Positions 37,689 to 52,199 of a stretch of 64,000 bases of DNA are shown one piece after another (the first letter of the stretch is position 1; every line of letters starts with the position of its first letter). The notes under the pieces are model-generated. The model was given only the letters and a program-made list of their open reading frames with translations. It was not told where the DNA came from and ran no database searches. This DNA comes from Raillietiella orientalis (Eukaryota): positions 620,001 through 684,000 of the forward strand of contig JAYWIR010000014.1 in NCBI GenBank assembly GCA_036172245.1, given 5' to 3'. The position numbers and the translations under genes are program-made.

Positions 37689-39991
37689 TTAGTCATCTTC
37701 TTCAGCTTCTTGCAGCCATTCTGTGAAAGGTTTTACCTGGTCAGAAGTTACACTGTTACTGTTTGTTACCATCTACCTTACTTTTTCTCGAACATCTTCC
37801 TCATCCAAATAATGGTACCACTCGAGAATAGTTTCTTCTGACAATACATCTTTTCCATATAGAGCATTAAGAACATTAACCAGCAAATCAAATAATAATG
37901 GCTCATTAGAAACCACTTCCTAAATTCATCTGACTGAAGAACATTAAGATTCCAGCTGACCTGTAGTGCAATCAGGCAATCCATTTCAGTTTCTTTGTTA
38001 CGCACATAGTTATGAAGCACTGGCAGCATCCTTCTAAGAACTTTCAACAGCTGCAGCTTTACAGAATGAGTTGTAGCTACCCCATTATCACATGTCAGTA
38101 AGGTTATTTTCATGATGGCACGCACTATGCCCTCAATGATCTGATCTACAGATGCATTGTAGGCATGTTTAGAGCCATTAATCTCTAGCACCAAATTTTC
38201 ATAACCCACAGATGAATCCTGATAGCCTCTATACAGACTATCTAGAACCTCTTGATAGAATGCTATAGCAATAATGCTTAATTAAGTTTCTTTCTTTTTG
38301 AAACTTACGATCTTCTTCTTTTTTCTCTACAACACTTTGAGGAATATCCTCCAAAGATTCACTTCTTGAATATTCTTCACTATTGTCCTTATCTTCCAGC
38401 CAAATTTGTGAAGAAGAAAAGCTGGAGTTCCTTGGCTTTCTACCCCAAATATATACTCCTGGGAATATCTCTGTATTTCCATCAGCACAGCATGTCAGTT
38501 GGATGTGGTCCAATTGTGTGCCTGATGGGATGCATACTTGGGAACCCACAAGACATCCAGGACCCAATTGACAATTTTCACCCACTGTGACTCCTTCAGC
38601 CAAAATTGAATGACATATTTTTGATCCCTTCTACAGACTATTTGTGTTCTTTCCTGATGTCTCTTTTCTTACCCCAATATGAACTCCATCAAACAGAAAT
38701 GAATTATTCAGTTGCACATATGACTTTATGTGGCAACCAGTAGATAGTACACAAGCTTGGAGATTAGTGCCTTCTTCCACTACACAGTCTTTCCCTACAA
38801 TAACTTCCCTTAATAGCTGACAGGAGCGACTCAATTTTGAAGATCGATCCAAATATACATGACAGCGATGCTGCACATACCGACGTAAGCTGGTATATGG
38901 ATTAACTTCAGGAATGAGGACTGGATAACACCAGCGGCACAGCAAATCCAAACTAACGGCAGAGTAAGTGCTAGGATTGCATACTAATGCCCCATAATCA
39001 GTGTCTTCCATGTGCATGTATACTGAGTGATCAGTAATATCTTGACTGGCCAGAACACCTCTTACAAGATCATCAATGGTTTGGTAATCAAAGTTATCAG
39101 AAAAGAGAAGAGGCACTATGGGAGAACACACTGCTATGTGAACATCCAAAATGTCATCCCTATAAGCTGACTGCATGTCAGTGTTGAAAAAACACTGCAA
39201 AAATTATTACTAGGTAGAAAACACACAGACAACTCACTTCTGGTACATTAGAATGCTTTTTCATTTGCAAATAATGAAGTATTTTCTGCTTTTTATCTGT
39301 GACTAATGCTACTTCTTGTTGTGATGACCGTGTAGGACAACTTGGATGAACCTTGCGATACACAAGTGTCATCACAACCCCTTTATCCTTGCATGCTTGA
39401 ATCCTTAAACATACAGGAATGTTTTCAAAACTGATGTCTCAATTATTAACCTGTGTTTTTCCCAGATTTTCATCAAGTTCATGTTGGTTACAACCCCAAC
39501 AGGCAATAATAAGAAAGTATTCTTGATTATTGCTTTGTTATCAATGTCTCTCAAAACATCACCAACATTTGCTGCATCTTGAGACTGAATCAGCTGCACT
39601 TTACATTCCCTAAGCTTCATCCATTTACTTTGTCTAAAAACAATATTTAACTCAATAAAATAATAAACTCTTCATACTTAAGATGGTCTCGAATCTGATC
39701 TGCATGAAATCTACAATACACAAAAATCTCTTGGACTCCTGCTTCCTCTAAGGATTTCAAAGTACAGTCCAGCAATGGAATGTTGATCAATGTTAGTAAG
39801 CCCTAATACAAAGGTAGGTGTAATCACTAATGAGAATACTGGAATGATACAAAACTATGGATACATACTTGAGGTTTATCCACTGTCAAGGGACCAAAAG
39901 ACTGCTCAAAGCTATCAGCAATCACAATGGCTTGAACTATATCTTGTTTTGGGAGTTCAAAGTCTCCACCTTCTTTTGTTTTTCTTAACAT
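37689..39991 (-). CDS. EIF2B5: Translation initiation factor eIF2B epsilon subunit, multi-exon
   Basis: VQAIVIADSF, VGDVLRDIDNK, LFSDNFDYQ (NF motif), hexapeptide repeats, ENLVLEINGSKHAYN, and W2-type end EWLQEAEEDD*. Confidence 0.95.
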
Positions 39992-41099
39992 ATGAATGTT
40001 CTATTGCCAACTAAAGCAAGGTACAAGATCCACGTGGCAGTGCACTTGACTTAACTCAGTTGATAGACAGATAAGACTGATACTATCATGTATATTGATT
40101 GTAACAGTTACAATCAAAATTATTGATTGTACATTACTGTGTCATAGAAATGTGATTTAGTCTACATAAAAAAAAACAGCTTGAAGGATGAAGCAAATTT
40201 ACAATTCACGGATTAAAAACAATTTCAAATGTTTATCAACAAAAGCACTGATTGATTAATTGCAGGGGGTTATACTGTTTCCACCAAAATTCTGGTTTCC
40301 GAACTGTCAACAGCAGTACTCGAAAACGTTTTCTCCTCCCAAATTAAATGCTCGGTAACCTTAATGCAAGGCTACTACTGACGTTGCCTTGATGAAATTG
40401 GGGATTACAATGCATACAATATTTACAGATCATTCAAAAATAAAGTGCCTCAGGTATGCCTTGCCTACCTCAGGAATGAGTTTTATTTTTATGGTTTCTA
40501 GTGATTTAGTTGTCATAAGGGTTCTTACTGAGAAAAACAAAGGTAGTACATCCCAACAGTTATGTTGATTACCCAGTCTTTACCGATAATGTTGACACCC
40601 AATGACCTCAAAATCTTTTCATAAAGCAAAGTAAAATACTACTGATTAGCCCCGCACACATTATTAGTAACATTCCAGTTTCGCTTGTGCACGGGATGCA
40701 ATTTTGGTGACCTGCATGCGGATACGTACTTGCAAATGCCCTCTTTTATTCTTGCCTTCATAATTAGACTGATTAGAGTTGTTTTTCTGCAAGAAAAATG
40801 ATTGATAATCGTTCCTTTCAAAGTTGTATATATAGAAGAATAAAATTCACATCAGTAGGCTTAATTATGTATGACCTATGTGAAATAGTTACATAAGGCA
40901 ATATATGTATAGGCAATGCATAAGTATTACAATCATATATAACCAATTAATCATTATGAAGGTTTAAGCATTACTCCAAATTATTCCGTTCTGCTATTTA
41001 TCTCTAAACAATACAAGAAGTATAGTTCAGAGACATGTAAAGCAATATAAAAAACACTAAAAGACTGATCCTTTGACAAACTCTAAAAAAGCACTCACG

Positions 41100-43146
41100 T
41101 CTAGTGATGTTTCGAGCATCACGAGAATGAACTCACTCGAATGGAAACTATAGAGAGCAACTTCATATGGAAGAACAGACATCCTCTTGCGTCCATAGGT
41201 AATACAGAAGGAAGGAGAATAGCTTGTGTTTGTCCATTAGTTTGATCGACACGGATATAAATTTCCGGGTCCTCGTTTTTGATGTAATTCTAATTCATTG
41301 TCCGTGGGATTTTTCAAGATTTGGATGGTCAGATATATCATTTATAGAATAATGACTTGTGTAGCATCAGATTTATTGCATCTCCTTCATCTTTGACTTT
41401 AAACCTTCGGAAAAAGTTTCTGCTTTTATTTTTCTGGTTTATTTATTTTTAGCAAATGAGACCCTCTATCAAGTAAATATGATTAAGAGAACAAAGCACC
41501 TTATATTTTTAGAAAATCCTCTTATAATTCATTTCATACACTCGGAGTGAAGGAATCATAGCAGCTTGCTTTCAAGCCATTTAACCATCTAAACTTTAAC
41601 CACTATTATTTAAGTTTTATCTTTTCGAATATGCAATTCATTTGTTCCTTCTTCCCTTAAATCTGGATCTGCCTTACTGAATTGCTGCTCTTAAAACAGA
41701 TACAAGAAGAAATGTTCGGCAAATAGTTGAATGCAGTTACGTCAGTAATTCTGAGTCTTTTACTTTCAAACCACTTGAGCATTTTTGGTAATTCTTACTT
41801 TTTGTTGTATTCTTGGGATGCTCTCTGAGAAATCCTGGAATTTCGGATATTGCGCTATCAAATTAATAATTAGCACCATAATCTACCGAGCAGAGTAGCC
41901 AATGAGTATGCAAACGCTAACAACTCGGAGGAATATCTTCGTCTTCCCAACCTACCCAACAGTGAGGATAACTTGGTTATGGACAGCTGCTTTATAATGC
42001 AACCTTTCCAGACACAGCCGTATAAGATCTTTCTCCACAGATGTTGCAGTAGGTGACGAAAAACGAAATGCAGGCATCACTAACGGATCGAAAAGCAGAA
42101 ATTTCATGTCCAGAGTGATGAGCGCGGAATAAGGAAAACTAAGCAGTGATATTAAAAGTATGTGGACGGCAGAAAGAATCCATGATACTAAAAGGTAAAG
42201 GGATGTTTGAAAAGGAAGCACTTAAAACCTTATTTGATGACTCCACCTTTGATACACACATAAAGCAAATTAACCCAAGCGTACGCACAATTCAACGCAA
42301 GCCATATGAACATTCTTCCTCACTGCAAAACACCCGTATCAAAGGAAAACCATTCCTTGCATCGGATAGCATCGTACTTCAGGGAATTTCCTCTTTAACC
42401 GGAAACATATTCGTTTTGCGGATTAGGCATTTATTCCTGCGTCCTGAGTCACCCTTTTCACCCTCCTGCCTGTGTGGCTATCTCTCACCAGAAATAGCGC
42501 CGATGGTCTATGCAAAAGGCGTGAAAACTGGAACGATTCTCCAGGTCATCAAAAGGTGCATATCTAAGCAGTTCATAATTACGGAAAGGCATAAAGTGAT
42601 AGTCTTTATCAAGAGGTCATATCATCACATTTATTGAAACATTGGGAGTTGCGAGCCACCAACCGGACTATTCTGGGGATAGGTTTAAATCTAAAGCCGG
42701 ACTTGTTGTTCCAGGAAGAAGGCGAGGTAATCATTCTGGATGTCCCTTGCCCTTTTGACGGCTCACCAACAGCACTGAAACAGGCAAGACAGAAAAAAGA
42801 GAATGTGGAAAACTGGCTCTCCACTTCGCCCCCGGAAGTGACCGGCACCGAAAAAGCAATTACAGCAAGGTTTCTGGGATAGTGATGAAAAACCTGACCG
42901 ATGTCTGAGGGAATCTAAAACTCCCAAGAAACAGGAGAAGCATATCAGAAAAGAAATCATGTGTATACATGTGTATACAGTGGATATGTATTCGAAGCAT
43001 AGACTGGGTCATCACCCGTAGTGAACGGACCTCTAAATATCAAAAGAAAGGAGAAGAGAACAGATAAGCTGAGTAGATGGAAATTTTCGGACGCCTTTGT
43101 CTGTGTCCCCCATTGACGTACTACCTACAATGTTACCGCGAATAAA
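41100..43146 (+). mobile_element. Decayed RLE-type (R2/NeSL-like) non-LTR retrotransposon, RT remnant to 3' end
   Basis: ISLIDT/YK remnant (~41235). CCHC-like TILQVIKRC..ITERHKVIV (~42530-42605). Restriction-like endonuclease LKPDLL..IILDVPCPF..LKQARQKK (from 42691). AATAAA at 43141. Confidence 0.75.
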
Positions 43147-43899
43147 TCTTCTCTATGATATCTTTCTTAGATTGACATGAGCTTCATTTAAGTATTCATT
43201 ATCTTTCTTTTTGCCATAACTTTTTTACCAGAAAAACCGTATATGTGCAACAAGGTTATCGATATCTATCAACTTTCATTTTCTCCATCTTCAAGATTAT
43301 TCCGCTTTACAATGATTCTGTGTGGGACAAAACTGCTTCATACACATATCTCTCAATCAGAAACTCAATTACTTAACTCCTATTCGATAGGAAATCAAGT
43401 TCACTAAAATCTAGTCTTTCAGAACCTGAATTATCATTCCTTAAGAATCTCAGGGAAAAAACGTTAATTACTTTAGGGCACAACCAAGGACATAAATCTC
43501 TTGTTGCTGAAACAAAATAACAAGCCCTAGCTATCGAATCAATCAATCAGTCATTGAAGAGTAAGTCGCAATTTCAAAGTTCTCTCGTTTGGAAGGCTGA
43601 TGTTCGTTTTGGGAGGGAACTAAAATATACTTCAGTAGTTGCTATCAACCCTGTGACTTATGTAGCACTGAAAGTATAAGTTCTTAAGATTCGATAATAA
43701 ATCGAAGAATCACTGTGTGTTACTCTAATCTTTGAGACGAGCTCATCATACTCTAATCTTGCCTTTCAGACACACAGAGGCACACTTGCAAAACTGTTCC
43801 TACTGAAATCCTTGCTTATGAACAATGGTGTTTCAAGTACGCATGGAACTGAGGATTCCTTGATTCTCAAGGACGTCGCGACAAGAAAGAGTCGGTGAT

Positions 43900-46250
43900 C
43901 AGCATATCCTTTGAAATCTTCGGATTCGCGACTGAAAGATGTCCCTATGAGGACGGGTAAATTTCATTCCCTCTTCCCTTCCTCAGGGGATCGTGAATCC
44001 GAGCGAACAGAGAATCATTTCTTTGTCAGAAAGCCTCTAACTGTTGCGTGGTGTGGTTTGCTTCCCAGCTTGCAACAGGTGAGGAGAGAGTGACTGTCAC
44101 ACCTCATCAGGTCTAGATGGGGGAGCTGAAACGAAGCGTCTCCAGTAGCGATCCTTCGCACGTCGGGGCAGGTCGGAGATAAGAAAGGAAGCACATGGTC
44201 TTACCGCTCTTCCTCCGTGCATCTCAGCACTCTAAAGTGGATCTGTCATTTTCGCGCACCTTATCTTCTCATACTACGTGATGACGAGCGAGGAGGCAAA
44301 TCTCTGCGTTGACAAGAACTCCTGGGATCAGACGCGCGTTGCAGTGGCGTGTCCTCAACCTCCAAACAACCAGGGCTCCAGACTTTTTCTGAGGCACTTG
44401 GAGAAGGCTCCAGGTTTCCTGATCATCGAAAGATCCGCGTTAGGTGCGAAGTTCGACCGTTTGATGCCAGAGACGGGATGTGTATCAAACAGAAGCAAAG
44501 GTGCATTCGGTTTCCATAGAGAAGCCTCTGCAGAGATTCCTCTCCTTCCTCTCCCCTTTTTCTATGCGACAGCTTCTGTGAGGTTCCTTCCAAGAATCCG
44601 GGTTCTCTGGAAGAAAGCCACCATCCCTTCCTTCCCAGCCATACTGGAACCCGTGCTGCCTCGCTTTCAGCATTCCACGAACCATCCATGCTCTGGGCAA
44701 GCCAGGGTCTCGTTCCAGATGCAGAGGCCGGAACTTCCCATTCATGATGACGAGAAAGCACTTGGGGAGGTGCTGATTTTTCACTTGGCGGGCAAGGTCA
44801 AATTCCATGGGATGCAGCAATCTGTAGCAACAGTTTTTCCTCGTAAGCAAAGGTGAGACGGCGGGGAAACCTCGGAAAGTCAAGGACAGTCCAGTCAACA
44901 AACTCTCACAGTTTCACTTTCGCCGGCATCAAGGCTATCCCGAGTCTGTAAGTTGGCCCTTTCCCTTCGCATCGAAAAAGAAAAAAAGGTCCATCGTTCG
45001 CTTCGAAGTGTCGATTCTTCGAAGAAACCCCCAGCACCAAGCAGTCACCAGGTAAGCGCTTTGTGGTTTTCCCGCTACCCACCTCGAGAATTCCCACCCC
45101 CTACCCCCTCCTCGAAGTCCCGAACAGCCAGGCTGCTCGGTCTGTTCCCCGAGTGTCTCTTTTCAAAGCACCCCCTAATTTCTCGAAGGGTGCAGCGGCT
45201 GCACCTCTTTTCTCGCGAACGCTGACTTGAGCCGAGCGAAGGAAAGAAACAAAACGCGCAAAATAATCGACAAGAGGAAACTCAGGTGAAAGCGCAGCAA
45301 GCTCAGCATCCTACTAACTCCGAATCCTCTGGCGAACACGCTTGCTTCGTTTGTGCATGCGTCAAGATGTTGCCAGCTTCAGGGAGAAGGGAGGTCAGGG
45401 AGGAGTAGGCGTAAGAGCAAGGAGGGAAGGCTGCACTGGACGTCGACCCGCACTTGGACAAACGGACGTCCGATTGTCCTCTTTTTCAAGGAAGGGAATG
45501 CTTTACAAGTACGGATGGGCCGTCACCGTGCACTGGACCGCCTCTGTCTGCGGGTCCAGTGGCGCTTGTTATCCTTGCTGCCGTCCGCAAAAGTTCCCAA
45601 CGCGCGCCTTAATGGAAGGTTATTTTTGAAGCAGACTCGGCGTCCTTGGAGCGAAACTGTTCCTGGAGGACCCAACCCGAGATCCGAAGTACCTTCTGCA
45701 CCGCTCGGCATGACGCCATTCGAGAGACAAGGTCACCGCCGTTTTCTTCTTGCTTTCGTTCACTGGCTATCTGGAAAGCAGAAGAGGAGACTAAACTGGT
45801 GCCTCCTCCCCTTCGTCCTTCTCAGGAAATGAGGGGCTGATCTTCGTGGAGAGGGTTGAAGAAGAGATAAGGAAGGTGGGTAGCTTCCCGACAAAGCAGC
45901 AGCTTTCTCTGATAATCACCTGCACCAAGAAATTCAACGAGCTAATGAAGCTGCTGTTCCAAGGCGTGGAGGCAGGTACCACTGTCGCCACTCATCCTAG
46001 GTCTTCCGACGGAGGAAGCTGCAAGGAGGGTCGCACCGGCACCGTCTGCGAACTCGACTGCAACTCGCTTGCGCGAAAGATGGAGGCGGCGTCCACCGGA
46101 AAGGGTGCAGCCTTGCGCGAGACGGGTTCTTTGAGCGGGAGCGCAGCGCTGGGCCGGGACCACCTCCTCCCCCAAGGGAGAGAGGCCTCCGCTTTCGGAA
46201 TAGGGGGGAAGAAGGGGTGGACCTTACGTTGGCTCCGAGCATGGCGCACT
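43900..46250 (-). mobile_element. Very decayed L1/Tx1-like ORF2 remnant
   Basis: Ordered motif remnants on the minus strand: FISSLNF (~45940), ACTNEASVF resembling AYADD (~45350), and RCTEEER*DHVL finger (~44200). Confidence 0.45.
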
Positions 46251-49200
46251 AGCGGTTGCTTTTCCCCTCTTCCTCGAGGCGACTTTCCTTCTAGGATCAG
46301 AGTGGGATGAGAAGTGAAAGGCGGGGGCTGAGGTGAAAGACAGCATTCCCGTTCGCCTTTGTCCCCCCGTTTTCCGTTTGCGTCCTATTTCTGCGAGTAC
46401 GGGTTTCCCCTTCGACCCGGGGAGCGGCCGCTCGATTTGCCGAGCAGCAGCGCCGGTGCCTCGGAGCGGCAGCCTGACTGAAGTCGCGCGAGTGGCCGGT
46501 CTGACGCGGAACAGACGCGGCTTTTCGCTGCCACCCCGGGGGCTTCCCCTTCCTGGGAAGTTGATTTTTTTTTCGATTGGGATCACTCGAACCGGAGGCG
46601 CAGGGTTCTCGACTCTGCGCCCCCAGTTCAGATTCGCTTGCGGAAGACCCCGAGCCCTTTCTTTCATGAGGTACATCTTTTCGTGCGCCTTTCGGCTTCC
46701 TTCCAGAAGTTTTCCGCTACAGAGCCTACACCTCGTGTTTCCCTGTTTCTCTCTCCCTCTCTCCTTCCAGATATGGAAATGAAGAGACAGAAATGTTTTG
46801 GGAACAAAGGTTCCCTTGAATCTTACGACCTCAGGGTGAATTCACGATAGCTTCGGTTCCTTCGCTGATTGCCTCTGTCTCGTATTATGGTCCGTATATT
46901 CTGTTTAAGAGACCCCATTCATTTTTCTGACCTTTTTACAGAATGTTCTCCCGTGGTTTCCGTTCAGGGCCGACCTTCCCAGTGTATTCCTGTTCTACAG
47001 AAATCCTGTTGGAGGAAGGGTTAGTACTCTAAAATCAAAAAGTGCTTCTATTCCATCTTATATAAAATAGTATCTTATACAAATTTATTGAAGGTAATTG
47101 GTTAGTGTATATGTTGATCAATAAATTAGCTTTATATATACAAAACAACAGAAATTTACTATCAATATATACATTAACTAGAATCTGTATACCACTACAT
47201 ACATGGAAGTACTTTTTGATTTTACAATACAGATTGGGCAATTTAGATTCAACTTTTATAATTTTCTTGTTGACTAGCGAGAAAGTATCTATTTTCTATT
47301 TTAGAGAGAAAACATCGAAAGAAAAAAGAGCACCTAAAGAGTTACTCCTTTATGAAGGGTTTAACAAGGTTTTTCTGCTTGATGCTATGATGCAACACGA
47401 GCTGACAATAGTAACCAACTTATGCTTAGTTAATAGTCCTTGTAAAACCCTCCATAATCAGTCTAGTTCCCGTTTCCCTTAATTCGCAAGTTTGCTTTAA
47501 TTGCATCGAGAGGAATTATCCTTGTAGACTTGGCGAAACCGTATCGCTTGTTAACGATTTCACTAGCGATTTTCGAAGATTTTAGTCTTCGGTTTTCAGT
47601 CCCGAAGCGACCGTTATTCCTCATGTGATCCTGAATGGATCCATCTGGTGAGCCTTCGCGTTGGTGAACCGAAGATCACATTCTTGTTCTTGTACACGTC
47701 ACGAAAAAGCCGTTTTTGTGTGTGTGTGTGTATGGAAATCAAGCATTTCAAATCACCCTCATCGGAATGAGGACATGCTGCAGCCGTCAGGAAACCCCCC
47801 GATTCGGAAGGAGACAGTTGGGAACTGAGGGCGTCACCATTCTCTTAGAAGATGCTTTGCCTGGCTACGAGACGCGTTGAGTAGCAACGCAGGCGCGAGC
47901 TCACGTGCTCGTGCCATCGGGAAATCACCTAATCAGTTTTGTCCGATGCATTGTTGCTCCTCCTCCCTTTTGCCGTGCACTCATTCGCAGTGCCACACAC
48001 GGAATGCAGACGTCATTCACGAGGAGAATGCAACATTGCATTTCGTGACCAGCATGCAAGAGCTGAGGGCGAAAACTGCTTCCGGAATATGCGCAGTGGT
48101 GATCAAAGAACACTGGATAAAGAGAATGAATATTAGAAAAGAAACTATGGAATTCGTTCATTGCTTTTCATGTTTTTCATCTTCCTACGGTGATATTCAA
48201 AGGAGCGAGCGTTTGCTTAGACTCGTCCCTGTGCGACGATTTGGCTGACATATGCGATCACTTACTGAACGAGAACGTCGTCGAAGACTTGGTGATTTAT
48301 CTCCTCAACGCTTTGGGATCCACGGAACTCACCCCCATAGTCGAACTTTGGACCCAGGAGTGCAGACCGTTCAAGCGCATGCATTCGGGACCACTGCTGC
48401 TCCTCGTGTTTGATATTCAAATGGGCGAGTCGAAACGTTTTGCCGCGATGTATGCTTTTTTTTTTTTTTTTACGAATATTGGACGATCGTTGAGCTGGTA
48501 ATCCAATTCCGTCACGAAACGAACATTCCATTTAAAACGAATCATTTGTTTCTCCGGTAGTCTCTAGAAGCCCTTGGGGTATTTTGTTAGGGACGTGGTC
48601 CCGATTCTGTGACTCCTTTCTGTAGGGACTTGCAGTAGTAAGGATTATAAACCGTTTGGCATGGAGAATAGAAATACGTGGGAGCTCTGGGCGATGGAAG
48701 CTCCTTTTCCGTTCAGAAGCACTTCCTTGATTGGACTCTTGCATGGAGGCTTCTAATGCTCAGCATGTCCGTGCTGTTGGATTCATAATTTCCGAAATTT
48801 GGGAATCTGTCATGGCTGGTGCCTTTTCGTTGGGGATGGAACGGTTAGAGAGCGTGGTCGCCATTTTCCAATATTCCAACCTCCAGGATTCGACATTCAC
48901 AGTCAGTTTCCGAAGATTCGGAGACTTCAAAGACTCACGAACGTTCATTGAGCGTTCGGGAATGCGTCAATACTTCAGGGACGCTTAGCGCTCGAAGAGA
49001 GATGGTAGATGATACCACCCTCGCTGCTTTCAACGACCTCAGCTGCAAGCAATGACCTTAATTGGTCGTGCAAACTGAAGGAATTTTCGGACGCAGAATT
49101 CGCAGCCCTCCGTCAAGCTCCCCACTTTACGCTGTTTGGAACCCACGTGAGTGACCACCCAAATGCTTTGGTTGGAAATCCCGAACGATCAAGATCCCGA

Positions 49201-49929
49201 GAGATCTTCAAAATAGATGCCTATGTTTATTATAGATTGATATATATTACAAAAATTGCAATACATGTGTGTTCATTGTATTTATTAATATGTTTATGCA
49301 TATAATAACCATATACAGTAAAATCAATATATAAATATCGAATTATAAAAAATAACACACAGTGGTGACAATCGAAAATAGTGGGAAAAATAAGAAAGCG
49401 AAAAAGAGATTTTCTATTTCCTTTTCCTGCCATTTCCAACATTCAATAAATGAAGCTCTCTGAGCAAATGATGAATTCTATTTTCGGAATTTCGACCGAT
49501 TGATAAATATGCTTATAATTCGATATTTGTGTATTCATTTAATATATATTCATTCTATATATAATTATATATAATGAACACGTATTTTTTGTAATCTTTA
49601 TGCACGTATATTGATACTATATATCTTGATACGTATTTATTTAAACATACACTTTAATAAATATGTAAGTTTGTACATTAATCTCTATAAATATGTACAT
49701 CAATATGCGTAAAAGGCACCCATATTTATTGCTTAGGATCTTTCAAAAACATATATATATTAAAAAAATTATTAATTTTATTTAAATATATAATAATATA
49801 CATCTATGTATGTAATGTATAGGAAGCATGTATATTTTTTATATATTCCTCTATGAAATAATCTATATATAAATATACATATTAACATATATAATAAACG
49901 TATGTATCTATTTTTCATTATCTTTCGAG

Positions 49930-50650
49930 ATTTCGGCGTTCCGGATTTTGATCGACCCCGTACCCCAAGAAGCAGCCGAAAATTCTTCCACGTTGAAAGC
50001 AAAGAAAGAAAGAAAGAAAAGAAAAGAAACCCGCCATCTTATTTCTAAGGTTGAGCGGTTCTCAGTACTTCACGACTCAGTGGTTATTACTAGAAGTGCA
50101 GCCTCGGACATCAGCAACCACTCCAGGTCGATTTCGTTCCTCGAACCCTTGCACTTTGCGCTCAAGGGACCGGTGCTGCCCAGAGCTGCGACCTGGAGTT
50201 CTGAGGAGCAAATACGCATGCGGTCACGGTTAGACCTCGGAGCTGCTGCTTTAGTCATGACCATGACTGAAGCTGGAGCGCACCAACTAACCGCTAAGAT
50301 CCGTTCCAGGTTCCACTCAAGAGGGACGTGAATACTTTGTGATCTGGGAACGGACCCAGCATAATCACTGGACCCGTTCCCGGATCCATGACCCCAGATT
50401 ATCGTTCCCAGATCACGACTGGTCACGTGCCCATAACGCAAGTTCGACTGCGCGCAGCTGCACGTGCAGCAATGCATTTTGCCACGGAAGCTGTTTGAAT
50501 TCCACGCAGAGGGTGGGCAAATGTTGCGGGGACAAGGCAGAGGTGAACCAGAGCTCTCTTCAAGGCTGGCAGCTTTGGTGCGAGCATGGTGGAACCAGCC
50601 CTCCTTGCCATCCCACATAGGCAAAAAGCATTCCTGTTTTTCACATGCCG
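49930..50650 (-). mobile_element. Probable further F-family L1/Tx1 3' fragment
   Basis: RDLGTIIWG resembles F's VAIGTILWG. A T-rich tract follows on the minus strand (49997-50029). Confidence 0.4.
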
Positions 50651-52199
50651 CGGGGGGCCATCGGCACTGTCGTCGCTCTCACATCCGTGCCGGTGAGGTC
50701 GATGGTTCAGTTGAGCTGTGGACCAAAGTTCAGTTCACGAACGGGAACACCCTTCTCCACGGCTGAACCCCTGGAATGGACGCGCGTCGCTGCCGTGGGG
50801 GTTCTTCAGCTCTCCAGAGATTCTATGACATGAACTGCTCCCGCACATCCTCTCCCCACAAAGAGAGGCTGCTCACCTGGTAATGCTATGGGTACCAGAC
50901 CAAGTCTTTTCCATCGAGCATGCACCTGCGAGTTTGTGGTTTGACTCTAGACGAAAGCGAAAGGGGATGGGTGGGGTTATGTTCAAGGGACGCAAACACA
51001 CACATGCAGGAAAAAGCCCCTGCTTGTGCTCCAGAGGCATGGTATCCGAAGTACATCTCCGACTTGGACCTGTGCACTCACATCCTCGACAAGTTCGATC
51101 TTGACCTGGATTCCTCGCATCCAGGCCGGTCAGATCTGACGTACCGGACTCGAAGGAAGGAGCTTGCTTCCCTAGCTCTCGAATATGGGCAGTTGAGTGT
51201 TCCAGGGACTCGGTGCTGGAAGGAAGGGGCTTTGTGGTTCCAGAGGCAAGCAGATCTCCCGGATTCAATATGCTGAGAACGAGACGCGGACGTGGACGTT
51301 CGTCTTCGACCAGCTACAGCGCATGATGCGGGAACACGCCTGCAAAGAGTATCGATCGCTGCGTGTTCTCTCTGCTGCAGAAGGAGTGCGGATTCGGAAG
51401 GGAAGCCATCCCTCAGCTGCAGGACATTTCGGATTTCCTCAAAGGTAACCGGGAACATCTGGGTCTTGTCGATCGCCGAGACGGTGCCCTTCCGTTCCTT
51501 TTCTGTGCGCTACTCCACGGGGCCTGTTCTTCTTTCAAAGTCACAAGCCAGACTCTTCTCCCTCCCGGAAGGTTTATCGCGGTGCGGCTGCAAGGAAGGA
51601 AGCGTGCGGCTTTCTCAGACCATTCGTCAGAGTTTGTCCCGGCAGTCTCTACAGACATGCGGTAGAGACGACACCTTCTTGGTGGTCCCGGGAAAAATCA
51701 GCTTACGATCGGCAGAGGTGCCAGGGTGGTCGGAACGCATTCTGGATTCTCGAAAACCCGCCCCATGTCCAAACTCATGTCCGATTTCCGCGGTTTCTCT
51801 GCCATGCCTCTTTGAATAAACGATAATTCTCACGAGAGGACACGCAGATTTTTGATTAGCATTCTGGTTCCAGGAAAGACTGGTTTCACCCCGAGACCGG
51901 TTTCTGGTCTCGTCAGCTCACGCGACTTCCTCAACAGCCTCGCTTTCCGAATGTTCCAATGCACTCAGTATGTGCGTCATCATTCGGCTCCTGAGTACTC
52001 GCCAGAGCCGTAAGTATTTTTGGATTTGCGTATGAAGTCGCTCGCGGCGCCCAGCACGCTCGCGGTGTTGTCAAAAGCTCCCTCTTTTGATCTCGCGGAC
52101 TAATTTCCGCTGAGCGTGCTCTCGGTGAGCAGCGACACATTCAGGACCCGGGTCCTCCCGTTTTCTCGTGATAGCGGCAGACAGCTCCATCAGGTGTGG

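Noticed and set aside
2122..39991. Four co-oriented genes as an operon or functional cluster
   Set aside because: They are kilobases apart with unrelated functions, and co-orientation of four genes is plausible by chance.
51490..51520. RSFSVRY resembling the last hydroxylase exon (RPFSVRY)
   Set aside because: It lies inside an intron, out of order, and the similarity does not extend.
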